In this document: positions 21,001 to 29,371 of the stretch, one piece after another
How the letters are laid out: every line of letters starts with the position of its first letter
Position numbering within the stretch: position 1 is the stretch's first letter
Assembly: GCA_965214805.1 (NCBI GenBank)
Contig: OZ243982.1
Location: forward strand, 898,033-962,032
Reading direction: 5' to 3'
Source of the DNA: Thermoanaerobaculia bacterium
GTDB taxonomy: Bacteria; Acidobacteriota; Thermoanaerobaculia; Multivoradales; Multivoraceae
Length of the DNA: 64,000 nt
Position numbers and translations under genes: made by a program
Notes under the pieces: model-generated
Told to the model about the DNA's origin: nothing
The model's database searches: none
Seen by the model: the letters and a program-made list of their open reading frames with translations, nothing else

Positions 21001-21522
21001 TTCGGGGCTTGGCAGTTTGGGGGTATCGTTCAGTACTCCTCGGGACAGGCCCTGACCGTGCGAACCGGGAATCTGCCCGAGATCAACGGCGTTGGCGGCA
21101 CCGGTTACACCGACAACATGCGACCGCTCCGCACGGGCGTCTCTTGCAGTGGCAGTAGCCTGCAAGTGATCAATCCGGACGCTTTCACGCTGGTCGGCTG
21201 GGAGCTCGGCACGCTCGGCAATTCACGGCCGGGCGAGTGCGAAGGCGCGAGTTTCTTCCAGGTCGATTTCTCACTGACCAAGAACATGCGGATCACCGAC
21301 CGCGTGACCGGCCAGTTCCGGTTCGAGGTGTTCAACGTGACGAACCGCGACAACTTCGTAGGTGTCAACTCGGTGATGAACGCGAGCAGCGTCACCTACG
21401 ACAGTGACATCGGCTCGGAGAGGACGACGATCATCGGTTACACGCTGCCGAACAACTTCGGCGAAGCTCAGGCGGCCCGCGATCCTCGTCAGATTCAGGT
21501 CGGCTTCAAGCTGCTGTTCTAG
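18079..21522 (+). CDS. TonB-dependent receptor with N-terminal carboxypeptidase-regulatory-like domain (Acidobacteria-type)
   Basis: The ATG at 18079 has an AAGGAGG RBS and a signal peptide. The N-terminus reads GAVTDPNGGVLPGARVNL...GIYTFSDLPVGAYEI. There is a plug-like region and a C-terminus ending in KLLF. Confidence 0.8.
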   Translation: MTRRLALILILALLAAPLAAQRFTASIRGAVTDPNGGVLPGARVNLEGTETGLNRTTFTNESGIYTFSDLPVGAYEINVSLDGFKAAEITEITLNVADVREVNAQLELGDVSDTITVQSEALPIETMSGEVAGLITGEQIRELPLNGRNFVQLTLLQPGVSSPEGFDTKNKGLLAGVDLSISGSGTTGNLWTVDGANNNDVGSNRTILIYPSVDAIEEFKIHRNSYSAEFGGAAGGQINIVTRGGTNQFRGSTYMFVRDDSWNETNYFLEQAGKGTEPLDRQDYGFTLGGPIRQDRLHFFLSGEWNDEERGIARTGFVPTAAERAGDFSGPSIPGCTPATPIDPTTGQPFPGNMIPSERINSGGQGMLNLYPLPNTTPMAGSCNNWVEAVVTPIDWEQANLRLDYDATDRSRLMLRYTQDTWLNGAPNAGEANGLWGDDPYPAVDTNWDQPGHSLVAQLSQTIGANSVNTVTFSYSGNEISLSRGGFSPELNSQINAAIPAIFDGKTGGAERSHPVFWGAAGYGALWNIAPWENEQDLMVLKDDYSQVFGKHWIKVGALYSENKKREFIGGSSASETPQFWGPGVGLNGWGGGTTGNVLADFLLQDMTWGYAENSHQPAPELNWEDVEFYIADSWQVNPRLNLDYGVRYSNYKWPYASDDLLTTFVPDLYDPDLGGDPCNGLAQVPGTDPCGEAGLLGGSPGPGRGLVDSDTDNFAPRLGLAYDIFGNGRSVVRTGFGQFFQRDRVNIQLEFAGNPPFRSSLNGIRKFDEAPEPCADCGLGRPMTGIDPDFQTPYNLQYNVTWEQRIGRSSTIELAYVASRGRHITRRSDINQVPSGDNNGNGIPDRLEYVTAPAGDAGAGFRGTLRRYPVWGDAGILFWESNGISEYDSLQTQFTYRYGAGSQLQAGYTLASFKANDPLNDAGAGVSSGQIADRENPGLDWGYAGLHRDHVFNANVLHNLPTLENQGSFIRALFGAWQFGGIVQYSSGQALTVRTGNLPEINGVGGTGYTDNMRPLRTGVSCSGSSLQVINPDAFTLVGWELGTLGNSRPGECEGASFFQVDFSLTKNMRITDRVTGQFRFEVFNVTNRDNFVGVNSVMNASSVTYDSDIGSERTTIIGYTLPNNFGEAQAARDPRQIQVGFKLLF

Positions 21523-21537
21523 GCCTGACCACGGGAC

Positions 21538-21576
21538 GCAGACCAGACGGCCGGCGCAAGCAGCCGTCTGGTCTGC
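21538..21576 (+). terminator. Intrinsic terminator-like hairpin after the TonB receptor gene
   Basis: A 14-bp perfect stem (gcagaccagacggc / gccgtctggtctgc) with an 11-nt loop is followed by a weakly T-rich tract. Confidence 0.4.
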
Positions 21577-21651
21577 GCTTCGCCCTTTCCGCCGTAACGG
21601 CGGCTAGATCGCAGGCAGCCCCCTTCACCGCCGACGCAAAGGAAGCTGAAC

Positions 21652-24279
21652 GTGGTTCGCACATCGGCATGTGGGACGAGAACGCCGGAAGACGGACGAC
21701 TCCACGCCGCGGCGGCCGCTCTGCTCGTTCTTGTGCTGGCGGCCGTCTTCGCCGTTCCCGGCCTGGCGCAGCAGGCGCCGGCCTCGGAGGTCCACCCCCG
21801 GCTCTGGCCTGAACTGACGCCGCCGATTCCGCCCGATCCCGGGCTTGAAGCGCGAGTGGACGATCTGCTCGAACGCATGACCCTTCGCGAGAAGGCAGGC
21901 CAGGTCATTCAGGCGGAGATCCGCTCGGTCACGCCGCGGGACGTGCAGAGGTACGACCTTGGCTCGGTGCTGAACGGCGGCGGCTCGTTCCCCGGCAACG
22001 ACAAGTACGCCTCGCCGGAAAGCTGGCTGGCGCTGGCCGACGCCTTCCACGAAGCCTCGACCGACACGTCGGACGGCGGAGTCGGCATTCCGGTGATCTG
22101 GGGCGTGGACGCGGTGCACGGCCACAACAACGTGATCGGCGCAACGATCTTCCCCCACAACATCGGGCTCGGCGCTGCCCGGAATCCGGACCTGGTCCGC
22201 CGCATCGGCGAGATCACGGCGCGCGAGGTCCGTGCCACCGGTCTCGACTGGAACTTCGGACCGACCATCGCCGTCGCCCGGGACGATCGCTGGGGCCGCA
22301 CGTACGAGAGCTACTCCGAAGACCCCGAGATCGTCACCCTGTACGCGCACGCCCTGGTCGAGGGCCTCCAGGGTGCGGTCGGCAGTCCGGACTTCCTGGG
22401 CGAGGAGCGGGTGGTCGCCACGGCGAAGCACTTCCTGGGCGACGGCGGCACCTTCGAGGGCCGCGACCAGGGAGACACGCGGGCGAGCGAGGAGGAGCTC
22501 CGCGACATCCACGGCGCGCCCTACGTCGCCGCACTCGGTGCCGGCGCGCAGGCCGTGATGGCCTCGTTCAACAGTTGGCGGGGGCAGAAGTTGCACGGCC
22601 ACGCCGGGATGCTGACGGAGGTCCTCAAGGGGCGGATGGCGTTCGACGGGCTCGTCGTCGGCGACTGGAACGGTCACGGCCAGCTGCCCGGCTGCAGCAA
22701 CGACAACTGCGTCGACACTCTTCGCGCCGGGCTCGATCTGTTCATGGTCCCGGAGGACTGGAAGGCGCTTCACAGGAACACGCTTCGGCAGGTGCGCTCC
22801 GGCGCGATTCCCGAAGCGAGGCTCGACGACGCGGTGCGGCGCGTCCTGAGGGTGAAGATCCGCGCCGGCCTGCTCGATCGCGGCCGACCGTCCGAGCGGG
22901 CGCTCGGCGGACGATTCGACCTGTTGGGCGCTTCCGAGCATCGCGCCGCGGCCCGGCAGGCGGTGCGCGAGTCCCTCGTCCTGCTGAAGAACGACAACGG
23001 CCTTCTGCCCCTTTCTCCGACATCGCTCGTGCTCGTTGCCGGGCCGGCAGCCGACGACATCGGTCGGCAGAGCGGCGGCTGGACGCTGACCTGGCAGGGA
23101 ACGGGCAACACGAACGACGACTTCCCGGGCGCCACGTCGATCTGGACCGGCATCCGGCGCGCGGTCGATGCGGCCGGCGGCCAGGCCGTGCTGTGCCAGG
23201 GATGCAACTACAGCGGCGAACTGCCGGACGCTGCCGTCTACGTGACCGGCGAGACGCCCTACGCCGAGGGCCAGGGCGACCTGGGGAGTCTCGAGTACAG
23301 CCCGGGAGACAAGTCGGACGTCGAGCTGATGGGTCGGCTCCGGGCCGCGGGCATTCCGGTCGTCACGATCTTCCTGTCCGGGCGGCCGCTGTGGGCGAAT
23401 CCGGAGATCAACGCATCGGACGCCTTCGTGGCCGCCTGGCTGCCGGGCTCCGAGGGCGCCGGCGTGGCCGACGTCATCTTCAGCACCGCCGACGGCGACG
23501 TGGTCCACGACTTCCGCGGCAAGCTCTCCTTTTCCTGGCCGCGGTCCCTGGACCAGACGGTCCTCAACGTCGGCGACCCGGACTACGACCCGCTCTTCCC
23601 CTACGGCTACGGCCTGACATACGCGGACGAGGTCAACCTCCCCGCTCTGGACGAGACGCGGCCCGAGGCTTCGCCGCCGGTTCGAACGACCGCCCTGGAC
23701 ACCTCGGACACCTCGGCCGGCGCGTCACCCGACCGCGTTCTGTTCGCCGGTCGAACAGCGCCTGGGTGGGAGTTCTACCTGGGCAACGAGGCCGACTGGC
23801 GCGTACCGGCGCCAGACGGGCGCGGCCGGACGCGCAGTGCGCTCGGCCTGACTCTCACGGCCGTCGATCGCAACGTCCAGGAAGATGCGAGGAGAGCGGA
23901 ATGGAGTGGCCGCGGCGCTTCCCAGCTCTATCTGCAAGGGCCAGCTCCAGTCGACATGAGCGTCGACACGGAGAACGGCATGGCCCTGGAGGTCGATGTC
24001 TTCGTGGAGAGGCGTCCCACCACGCGCGTCGAGATGCGGATGGACTGCGGCTACCCGTGCACGGGCGGCCTCGTCGTGACCAGGGCCATCCAGGAGCTCC
24101 CCAGAGGAGAGTGGGGAACCCTGCAGGTTCCTCTCCGCTGCTTCGAGAGAGGCGGCGCCAACATGAGCCGCATCGACACACCCTTCCTGATCACGACGGA
24201 CGGTCCGTTCGCGATCAGGTTCTCCCGCATCGCCGTCGCCCCTGCCGATCCCGCTGCCGTGCAGGCAGCCTGCCGCTGA
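21652..24279 (+). CDS. Glycoside hydrolase family 3 (beta-glucosidase / exo-glucanase-like), secreted
   Basis: The GTG start follows AAAGGAAG. GH3 motifs are present (GIPVIWGVDAVHG, FGPTIAVARDDRWGRTYESYSEDP, KHFLGDG). Confidence 0.85.
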   Translation: MVRTSACGTRTPEDGRLHAAAAALLVLVLAAVFAVPGLAQQAPASEVHPRLWPELTPPIPPDPGLEARVDDLLERMTLREKAGQVIQAEIRSVTPRDVQRYDLGSVLNGGGSFPGNDKYASPESWLALADAFHEASTDTSDGGVGIPVIWGVDAVHGHNNVIGATIFPHNIGLGAARNPDLVRRIGEITAREVRATGLDWNFGPTIAVARDDRWGRTYESYSEDPEIVTLYAHALVEGLQGAVGSPDFLGEERVVATAKHFLGDGGTFEGRDQGDTRASEEELRDIHGAPYVAALGAGAQAVMASFNSWRGQKLHGHAGMLTEVLKGRMAFDGLVVGDWNGHGQLPGCSNDNCVDTLRAGLDLFMVPEDWKALHRNTLRQVRSGAIPEARLDDAVRRVLRVKIRAGLLDRGRPSERALGGRFDLLGASEHRAAARQAVRESLVLLKNDNGLLPLSPTSLVLVAGPAADDIGRQSGGWTLTWQGTGNTNDDFPGATSIWTGIRRAVDAAGGQAVLCQGCNYSGELPDAAVYVTGETPYAEGQGDLGSLEYSPGDKSDVELMGRLRAAGIPVVTIFLSGRPLWANPEINASDAFVAAWLPGSEGAGVADVIFSTADGDVVHDFRGKLSFSWPRSLDQTVLNVGDPDYDPLFPYGYGLTYADEVNLPALDETRPEASPPVRTTALDTSDTSAGASPDRVLFAGRTAPGWEFYLGNEADWRVPAPDGRGRTRSALGLTLTAVDRNVQEDARRAEWSGRGASQLYLQGPAPVDMSVDTENGMALEVDVFVERRPTTRVEMRMDCGYPCTGGLVVTRAIQELPRGEWGTLQVPLRCFERGGANMSRIDTPFLITTDGPFAIRFSRIAVAPADPAAVQAACR

Positions 24280-24401
24280 TCCGAAATGGGCGCGACTCGA
24301 CACCGTTTCCGGCGCGCCGAAGACCAGCGCACCGAAGTTCCGGGACGCACGGCGGCAGTCAAGCGTGACCTGCTGGCAGAGATCGCGGAGGCAGGACTGC
24401 C

Positions 24402-26030
24402 ATGCTGACGGCCAGGGTCACCGCCCTCGACTGGACCGTCGTCGCCCTCTACTTCGGCGGCGTGTTCGCCATCGCGGCCTGGGCCATCTCCCGGGTCCGG
24501 CACGGCGAACGCACCTCGTCGAGCTATTTCCTGGCCGGCCGCAACGTCGGCTGGTTCGTGGTGGGCGCCTCTCTCTTCGCCTCCAACATCGGCTCCGAGC
24601 ACCTGGTCGGCCTCGCCGGCACCGGCGCCGAGAGCGGCCTGGTCCTCGGCCAATTCGAACTCCAGGCGTCGCTGATCCTGCTCATTCTCGGCTGGCTCTT
24701 CGTGCCGTTCTACGTCAAGAGCGGCATCTTCACGATGCCCGAGTTCCTGGAGCGGCGCTACTCGCCCGCGGCGCGCTGGTACCTCTCGGTGATCTCCGTC
24801 ATCGGCTACGTGCTGACCAAGATCTCGGTGACCATCTACGCGGGAGGCGTCGTCTTCGAGACCCTGATGGGCATCAACTTCTGGACCGGCGCCCTGGTGG
24901 TCGTCGTCATCACGGGGGTCTACACGGTCCTCGGCGGTCTTCGCGCCGTGGTCTACACGGACCTGATGCAGGCGATCGTCCTGATCGTCGGTTCGGGCAC
25001 CGTGACCGTGCTCGGGCTTGCCGAACTCGGCGGCTGGAACGTCATGGTGGAGACGGCCGGGGACAGCTTCTTCGACATGTGGAAGCCGATGTCGGACCCG
25101 AATTTCCCATGGACGGGAATCGCCTTCGGGGCGCCGATCATCGCGGTGTGGTACTGGTGCACCGACCAGTTCATCGTCCAGCGCGCGCTCTCCGCCCGCG
25201 GCATCGACGACGCCCGGCGCGGGACGATCTTCGCCGGCTTGCTCAAGCAGCTGCCGCTGTTCATCTTCGTCGTTCCGGGCGTCATCGCCTACTGCCTGGC
25301 GCAGTCAGGGAAGCTCGAACTCGCCTCCTCCGACCAGGCGCTGCCAGCGCTTGTCGTTGCCCTGCTGCCGGCGGGCCTGCGCGGTCTGGTGATCGCCGGA
25401 CTCCTCGCCGCGCTGATGAGCAGCCTGTCCTCGGTCTTCAACTCCTGCTCGACCCTGATCACGATCGACATCTACAAGAAGCTGCGCCCCGCGGCCTCGG
25501 AGAGGCGACTCGTCCTGGTGGGGCAGACGGCGACCCTGGGGCTCGTGGGCCTGGGACTGCTCTGGATCCCGCTGATGAAGAACATCTCGGGCACGCTCTA
25601 CCAGTATCTGCAGAGCGTCCAGGGCTACATCTCGCCGCCGATCACGGCGGTGTTCCTGCTCGGGCTGTTCTGGAAGCGCCTCAATGCCCAGGGCGCGATC
25701 GCGTCGCTCGCCGTCGGATTCGTGCTGGGAATGGGCCGACTGGTGGCGGAGCTCAACAAGGACCACCTGAGCGGCTTCCTCTACACCTTCGCCGACATCA
25801 ACTTCATGCACGTCGCGATCTTCCTGTTCCTGACCTGCGCGGTCGTGCTGGTCGCGGTGAGCCTCTGGTTCCCGCCGCCCTCCGAGCGACGCGTTGCCGG
25901 CCTCACCTGCAGCCGGTCGGGCACGGCCGAGCTCCTGGCCGAATCCGACCCGGCGAAGCGCCGTCTGGACCGCGTACTGTCGGTGATTCTGGTCCTGATC
26001 GTCGCCGCGGTGATGGTCTGGTTCTCGTAG
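24402..26030 (+). CDS. Sodium:solute symporter family transporter (SGLT-like)
   Basis: The N-terminus YFLAGRNVGWFVVGASLFASNIGSEHLVGLAG is typical of this family. Confidence 0.8.
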   Translation: MLTARVTALDWTVVALYFGGVFAIAAWAISRVRHGERTSSSYFLAGRNVGWFVVGASLFASNIGSEHLVGLAGTGAESGLVLGQFELQASLILLILGWLFVPFYVKSGIFTMPEFLERRYSPAARWYLSVISVIGYVLTKISVTIYAGGVVFETLMGINFWTGALVVVVITGVYTVLGGLRAVVYTDLMQAIVLIVGSGTVTVLGLAELGGWNVMVETAGDSFFDMWKPMSDPNFPWTGIAFGAPIIAVWYWCTDQFIVQRALSARGIDDARRGTIFAGLLKQLPLFIFVVPGVIAYCLAQSGKLELASSDQALPALVVALLPAGLRGLVIAGLLAALMSSLSSVFNSCSTLITIDIYKKLRPAASERRLVLVGQTATLGLVGLGLLWIPLMKNISGTLYQYLQSVQGYISPPITAVFLLGLFWKRLNAQGAIASLAVGFVLGMGRLVAELNKDHLSGFLYTFADINFMHVAIFLFLTCAVVLVAVSLWFPPPSERRVAGLTCSRSGTAELLAESDPAKRRLDRVLSVILVLIVAAVMVWFS

Positions 26031-26171
26031 CCGGTTCCGCAGCGGCCGGGGCTGCGCCAACGCACGGGCAATCCGTCAGGCTGGCGGCGCAGGCATCGGC
26101 CAGGAACGCCAGGTCGAGCGACAGCGACGGAGACAACCGGCAGCGAGCCGCAGACAATCGAGAGGCGGACG

Positions 26172-26399
26172 TTACTTCGGCTTCTTCCTGAGGGCTGCCA
26201 GGAATTCGTCGCGTCCGATCCCTGCTCCCCGAAGCAGACTCGATAGCGTTCCCGGCTTCACATCCTTCCGGTGCATCGGCACCACGACCGGCGAGCGTCC
26301 CGGAGTCCACATGTACAGGTGAGACCCCTTCTGTCGTACCTTCTCGTATCCCAGTCGCTCGAACGACTTCTCGCGGCCTAAGCGACCGCAATCTGGCAA
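26172..26399 (-). CDS. hicA: HicA-family toxin (type II TA mRNA interferase)
   Basis: The motif VRQKGSHLYMW...VVVPMHRKDVKPGTLSSLLRGAGI matches HicA/YcfA-like proteins. It is 75 aa. Confidence 0.75.
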   Translation of the reverse strand: MPDCGRLGREKSFERLGYEKVRQKGSHLYMWTPGRSPVVVPMHRKDVKPGTLSSLLRGAGIGRDEFLAALRKKPK

Positions 26400-26737
26400 T
26401 TCAACGGCAGTTCGAGAAGCGTCGGAGGCCCGCCATCGGCCGCGCGGCGTGGAAGCGCCGATGCCGTGACGTCGAACCGCCGTGGTGACCTCAAACCGGA
26501 ATGGGTAGCCAGATCACGCGTCAGAAGTCCCTTCTTGACCAGCTCCTCGTCCAGGATCCCCAGTTCGTCGCTGATCTCGAAGAAGAGGACCGCTGCCTCC
26601 TGCAGCATCTCCAGGGCTTCGTCGAGCGAAGCCCCTTGACTGGCCAGGCCGAGATCGGGGCAGGTAGCGATCCACTCGCCGTCCTCCTGATGCGCCTCGA
26701 TATCGACCGTGATACGCCAAACGGGCGGTCTACTCAT
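26378..26737 (-). CDS. hicB: HicB-like antitoxin (N-terminal HicB/UPF0150 fold)
   Basis: The sequence WRITVDIEAHQEDGEWIATCPDLGLASQGASLDEALEMLQEA is HicB_like. The gene overlaps hicA by 22 nt. The C-terminal 45 aa have no recognisable RHH/HTH. Confidence 0.55.
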   Translation of the reverse strand: MSRPPVWRITVDIEAHQEDGEWIATCPDLGLASQGASLDEALEMLQEAAVLFFEISDELGILDEELVKKGLLTRDLATHSGLRSPRRFDVTASALPRRAADGGPPTLLELPLNCQIAVA

Positions 26738-26778
26738 GTCCGAGTGCCTCCGCGACGGGCAAGTGTTCGTTCTTCACA

Positions 26779-26792
26779 GTCGCGATTGCGAC
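26779..26792. promoter_or_regulatory. Small palindrome GTCGC-GATT-GCGAC upstream of hicB (candidate operator)
   Basis: A 5-bp inverted repeat lies about 45 bp upstream of the hicB start. Confidence 0.25.
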
Positions 26793-27073
26793 CGTGCACG
26801 AAACGATACAGGACAGATTTCCTCTCCGGGAAAGCTGTCTTGAGGTCGGCGCTGGCGGTCAGGCGGTTGGGCCGCCCGCATTCCCATGCGCGGTCCGCGG
26901 CATCAGTCCCTCCTCGACGGCTTCCCCGGCAGCGCGTCGGACACGATCTTCAGCATGATCTCGGACGTGCCCTCTAGAAGACTCGAGAAGACCTTCGTCA
27001 GGCACGCGTCACGCCGGTGCCGATCCTGGCGCAGCCCGGCGTCACGTCGCCGACGCCGGTTCTCGTGTCCAGC

Positions 27074-27595
27074 TCACGCCCAGTTCTTCGGGACCGCCCC
27101 GATCTCCTGCACATCCGTCACACCGCCGCTTCTGTCCAGGATGATGGCCTGCGTGACCGTACCGTCCGCGAGCTGAATGGTACATATCTCGTCGTCGTCC
27201 TCATCCAGCAGGATGAGGCCCTGCGTGACCGTACCGTCCGTGAACTGAATGGTCTGCCACTCTTCCTCGTTCCACACGTCCTGCTCCTCCGTGAGCCGCC
27301 CCGGGACGGCGTCTTCTTCCGCTTGCGCTTCGTCCCACAACCCGCTAATGGCGGCGCCGAGAAGGAAGAAAGGAGATGCAGGAATCGCGATGGCGAGGAA
27401 CAGCACCACCGCAAGAACCAGACCACCCGGCCCTCCGGACGCCAACCCCACCAGGAGCGGCACGAACACGATGATGAGGCAGCCCCACTTCATGCAGCCT
27501 TCCGCCGCGCAGCCCGGCTTCTGCGACGGCTTGCTCAACTCTCGTTGTTTCGCTTTCTCGTGATCGCTGCAGAGCAAGAGACAGCCCTGCGCCAC
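27074..27595 (-). CDS. Hypothetical small membrane protein with duplicated 24-aa acidic motif
   Basis: Two hydrophobic helices are followed by tandem motifs QTIQFTDGTVTQGLILLDEDDDEI / CTIQLADGTVTQAIILDRSGGVTD. It was chosen over the overlapping plus-strand ORF 27017..27760, which is not protein-like. Confidence 0.4.
   Translation of the reverse strand: MAQGCLLLCSDHEKAKQRELSKPSQKPGCAAEGCMKWGCLIIVFVPLLVGLASGGPGGLVLAVVLFLAIAIPASPFFLLGAAISGLWDEAQAEEDAVPGRLTEEQDVWNEEEWQTIQFTDGTVTQGLILLDEDDDEICTIQLADGTVTQAIILDRSGGVTDVQEIGAVPKNWA
27137..27253. repeat. Two 45-bp direct repeats, period about 72 bp, inside the hypothetical membrane-protein gene
   Basis: The copies are caggatgatggcctgcgtgaccgtaccgtccgcgagctgaatggt and caggatgaggccctgcgtgaccgtaccgtccgtgaactgaatggt. 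Confidence 0.7.
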
Positions 27596-27811
27596 GCCGC
27601 CCGGCTACCCCGGGCGGCTGGGGGCCGTCGCTTGCTTCCATCTCTGCTTCCCCTGGGGATCCAGTCGGTGATGGTCTATCACGAACGGAGGCCGGCGACA
27701 GCCCGGCCGGCCCGAAAGAACGGCTGGGGCTTCAACCCCGGCCACAACGCCATGTGGTAGATTGCGGGAACTCGCATTCAACAGAACCCGACTCGAGGAG
27801 ACGTCAGACTC

Positions 27812-29218
27812 ATGAAGCAGGCAATCGGATTGCTGCTGGTTCTCGCGCTGGCCGCGCCGGTGACGGCAGCAAACAACAACGACGCGCCCACGGCGACACC
27901 GACCTACTACGGAGAGATCCAGACGATCCTGGAGCAGGAGTGTCAGGTCTGCCACCGCCCGAACGGCGCGAACCTGGGCGGCATGGTGGCGCCGATGGCG
28001 TTCACGAGCTACCAGGAGACGCGGCCCTGGGCGCGTTCGATCGCCCGACAGGTCGAGTCCGGCCTGATGCCGCCCTGGCATGCGGACCCACAGCATGCCG
28101 GCGTGTTCGTGAACGAGCGTTCCCTGACCGAGGAGCAGAAGGCCGCCCTGATCGCCTGGGCCAAGGGCGGCGCGCCCATGGGCAGTGCGGCCGACGCGCC
28201 GCCGGCCAAGGTGTGGCAGGCCAGCGACGGCTGGACGATCGGCGAGCCGGATCTGGTCATGGACATGGGCGAGGACTACTTCGTGGAAGACGACGTCCAG
28301 GATCAGTACATCAACTTCGAGACCGTGATCACGGAGGAGATGCTGCCCGAGCCGCGCTGGATCAAGGCGGTCGAGTTCCGTCCGGGCGGTCCGGTCGTCC
28401 ATCACATCATCGCGCGCCCCTTCGGGGGCATTGCGCCGGGCAACGACCCGACGGTCCACGACGACGGCTTCGGCACGCTCGTCAAACCGGGCACCACGAT
28501 CCGCTGGCAGATGCACTACCACAAGGAGCCGGGGCCGGGCACGGGTGTCTGGGACCGCTCCTCGGTGGCGCTGCGCTTCTACCCGAAGGGCTACCAGCCC
28601 GACCACGTGATGCAGAGCCGGTCGATGGGCAAGTTCGACTTCGAGATTCCGCCCGGTGAGCCGAACCACGTGGCCAGGACGACGACGAAGTTCGACCGCG
28701 ACGTGCTGCTGCTCGGGTACACCCCGCACATGCACCTTCGCGGCAAGTCTGCCCGCTACGTGGCGACGTATCCGGACGGCACCCAGGAGACGCTTCTCGA
28801 CGTGCCCCGGTACGACTTCAACTGGCAGACCCACTACAAGTATCCGGTAGGCGGCAAGCGGATTCCGGCCGGCACCGAGATCGAGCTGACGATGGCCTGG
28901 GACAACTCGGCCGACAATCCGTCGAATCCCGATCCGAGTGCGACCGTGGTCTACGGCGGACCGACGACTTCGGAGATGATGTTCGGTTTCGTCGCCTACG
29001 CAGACGCGGAGAAGGGGTACAAGCCGTCGAACACCGGCTTTCTGCGTCAGCAGCAGTTCAGCGCCGACGACTTCAAGACGCTCGTCAAGGAGCGCCTTGG
29101 CGTGGACTGGGACTCGCTGAGCGAGGAGGAGCAGGGCAAGCTGATCCGCCGATTCCGCCAGCAGCAGAGACGGTCTGTCAACGAGGGCGGCGAAGGAACC
29201 GTATCCGGCGGCGAGTAG
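27812..29218 (+). CDS. Secreted c-type cytochrome (PSCyt1-like CXXCH domain) fused to a PHM/DBH-like copper type II monooxygenase fold
   Basis: It has a signal peptide and a CQVCH heme motif with a PSCyt1-like context (ILEQEC..CH...GGM...GLMPPW). The His/Met pattern HH(191-192), HYH, HMH, MM is spaced like the CuH/CuM sites of peptidylglycine monooxygenase. Confidence 0.5.
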   Translation: MKQAIGLLLVLALAAPVTAANNNDAPTATPTYYGEIQTILEQECQVCHRPNGANLGGMVAPMAFTSYQETRPWARSIARQVESGLMPPWHADPQHAGVFVNERSLTEEQKAALIAWAKGGAPMGSAADAPPAKVWQASDGWTIGEPDLVMDMGEDYFVEDDVQDQYINFETVITEEMLPEPRWIKAVEFRPGGPVVHHIIARPFGGIAPGNDPTVHDDGFGTLVKPGTTIRWQMHYHKEPGPGTGVWDRSSVALRFYPKGYQPDHVMQSRSMGKFDFEIPPGEPNHVARTTTKFDRDVLLLGYTPHMHLRGKSARYVATYPDGTQETLLDVPRYDFNWQTHYKYPVGGKRIPAGTEIELTMAWDNSADNPSNPDPSATVVYGGPTTSEMMFGFVAYADAEKGYKPSNTGFLRQQQFSADDFKTLVKERLGVDWDSLSEEEQGKLIRRFRQQQRRSVNEGGEGTVSGGE

Positions 29219-29275
29219 CGCCGGGCAGGCAGTGCTGGGCCGAGCATTGGCTCGGTCGCTTCCCGAGATCGACGA

Positions 29276-29316
29276 CCCCGTCCGCGGCAGACCGCCGGGA
29301 CGGGGTTTCGTCTTTC
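29276..29316 (+). terminator. Rho-independent terminator after the cytochrome-monooxygenase gene
   Basis: The hairpin ccccgtcc...ggacgggg is followed by tttcgtctttc. Confidence 0.45.
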
Positions 29317-29371
29317 GGGCGGGTCGCGGGTCGGCGACTGGGTCTGGCGTCAGACAGTGAGCCGGCGGCCG

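Noticed and set aside
27017-27760. Plus-strand 247-aa ORF overlapping the repeat membrane-protein gene
   Set aside because: The minus-strand frame gives TM helices and a coherent repeat motif. The plus frame is Arg-rich and low complexity. It is still uncertain which strand is coding.
27605-28834. The 409-aa minus-strand ORF overlapping the cytochrome-monooxygenase gene
   Set aside because: It is not protein-like. The plus-strand ORF has a signal peptide, CXXCH and conserved His/Met motifs.
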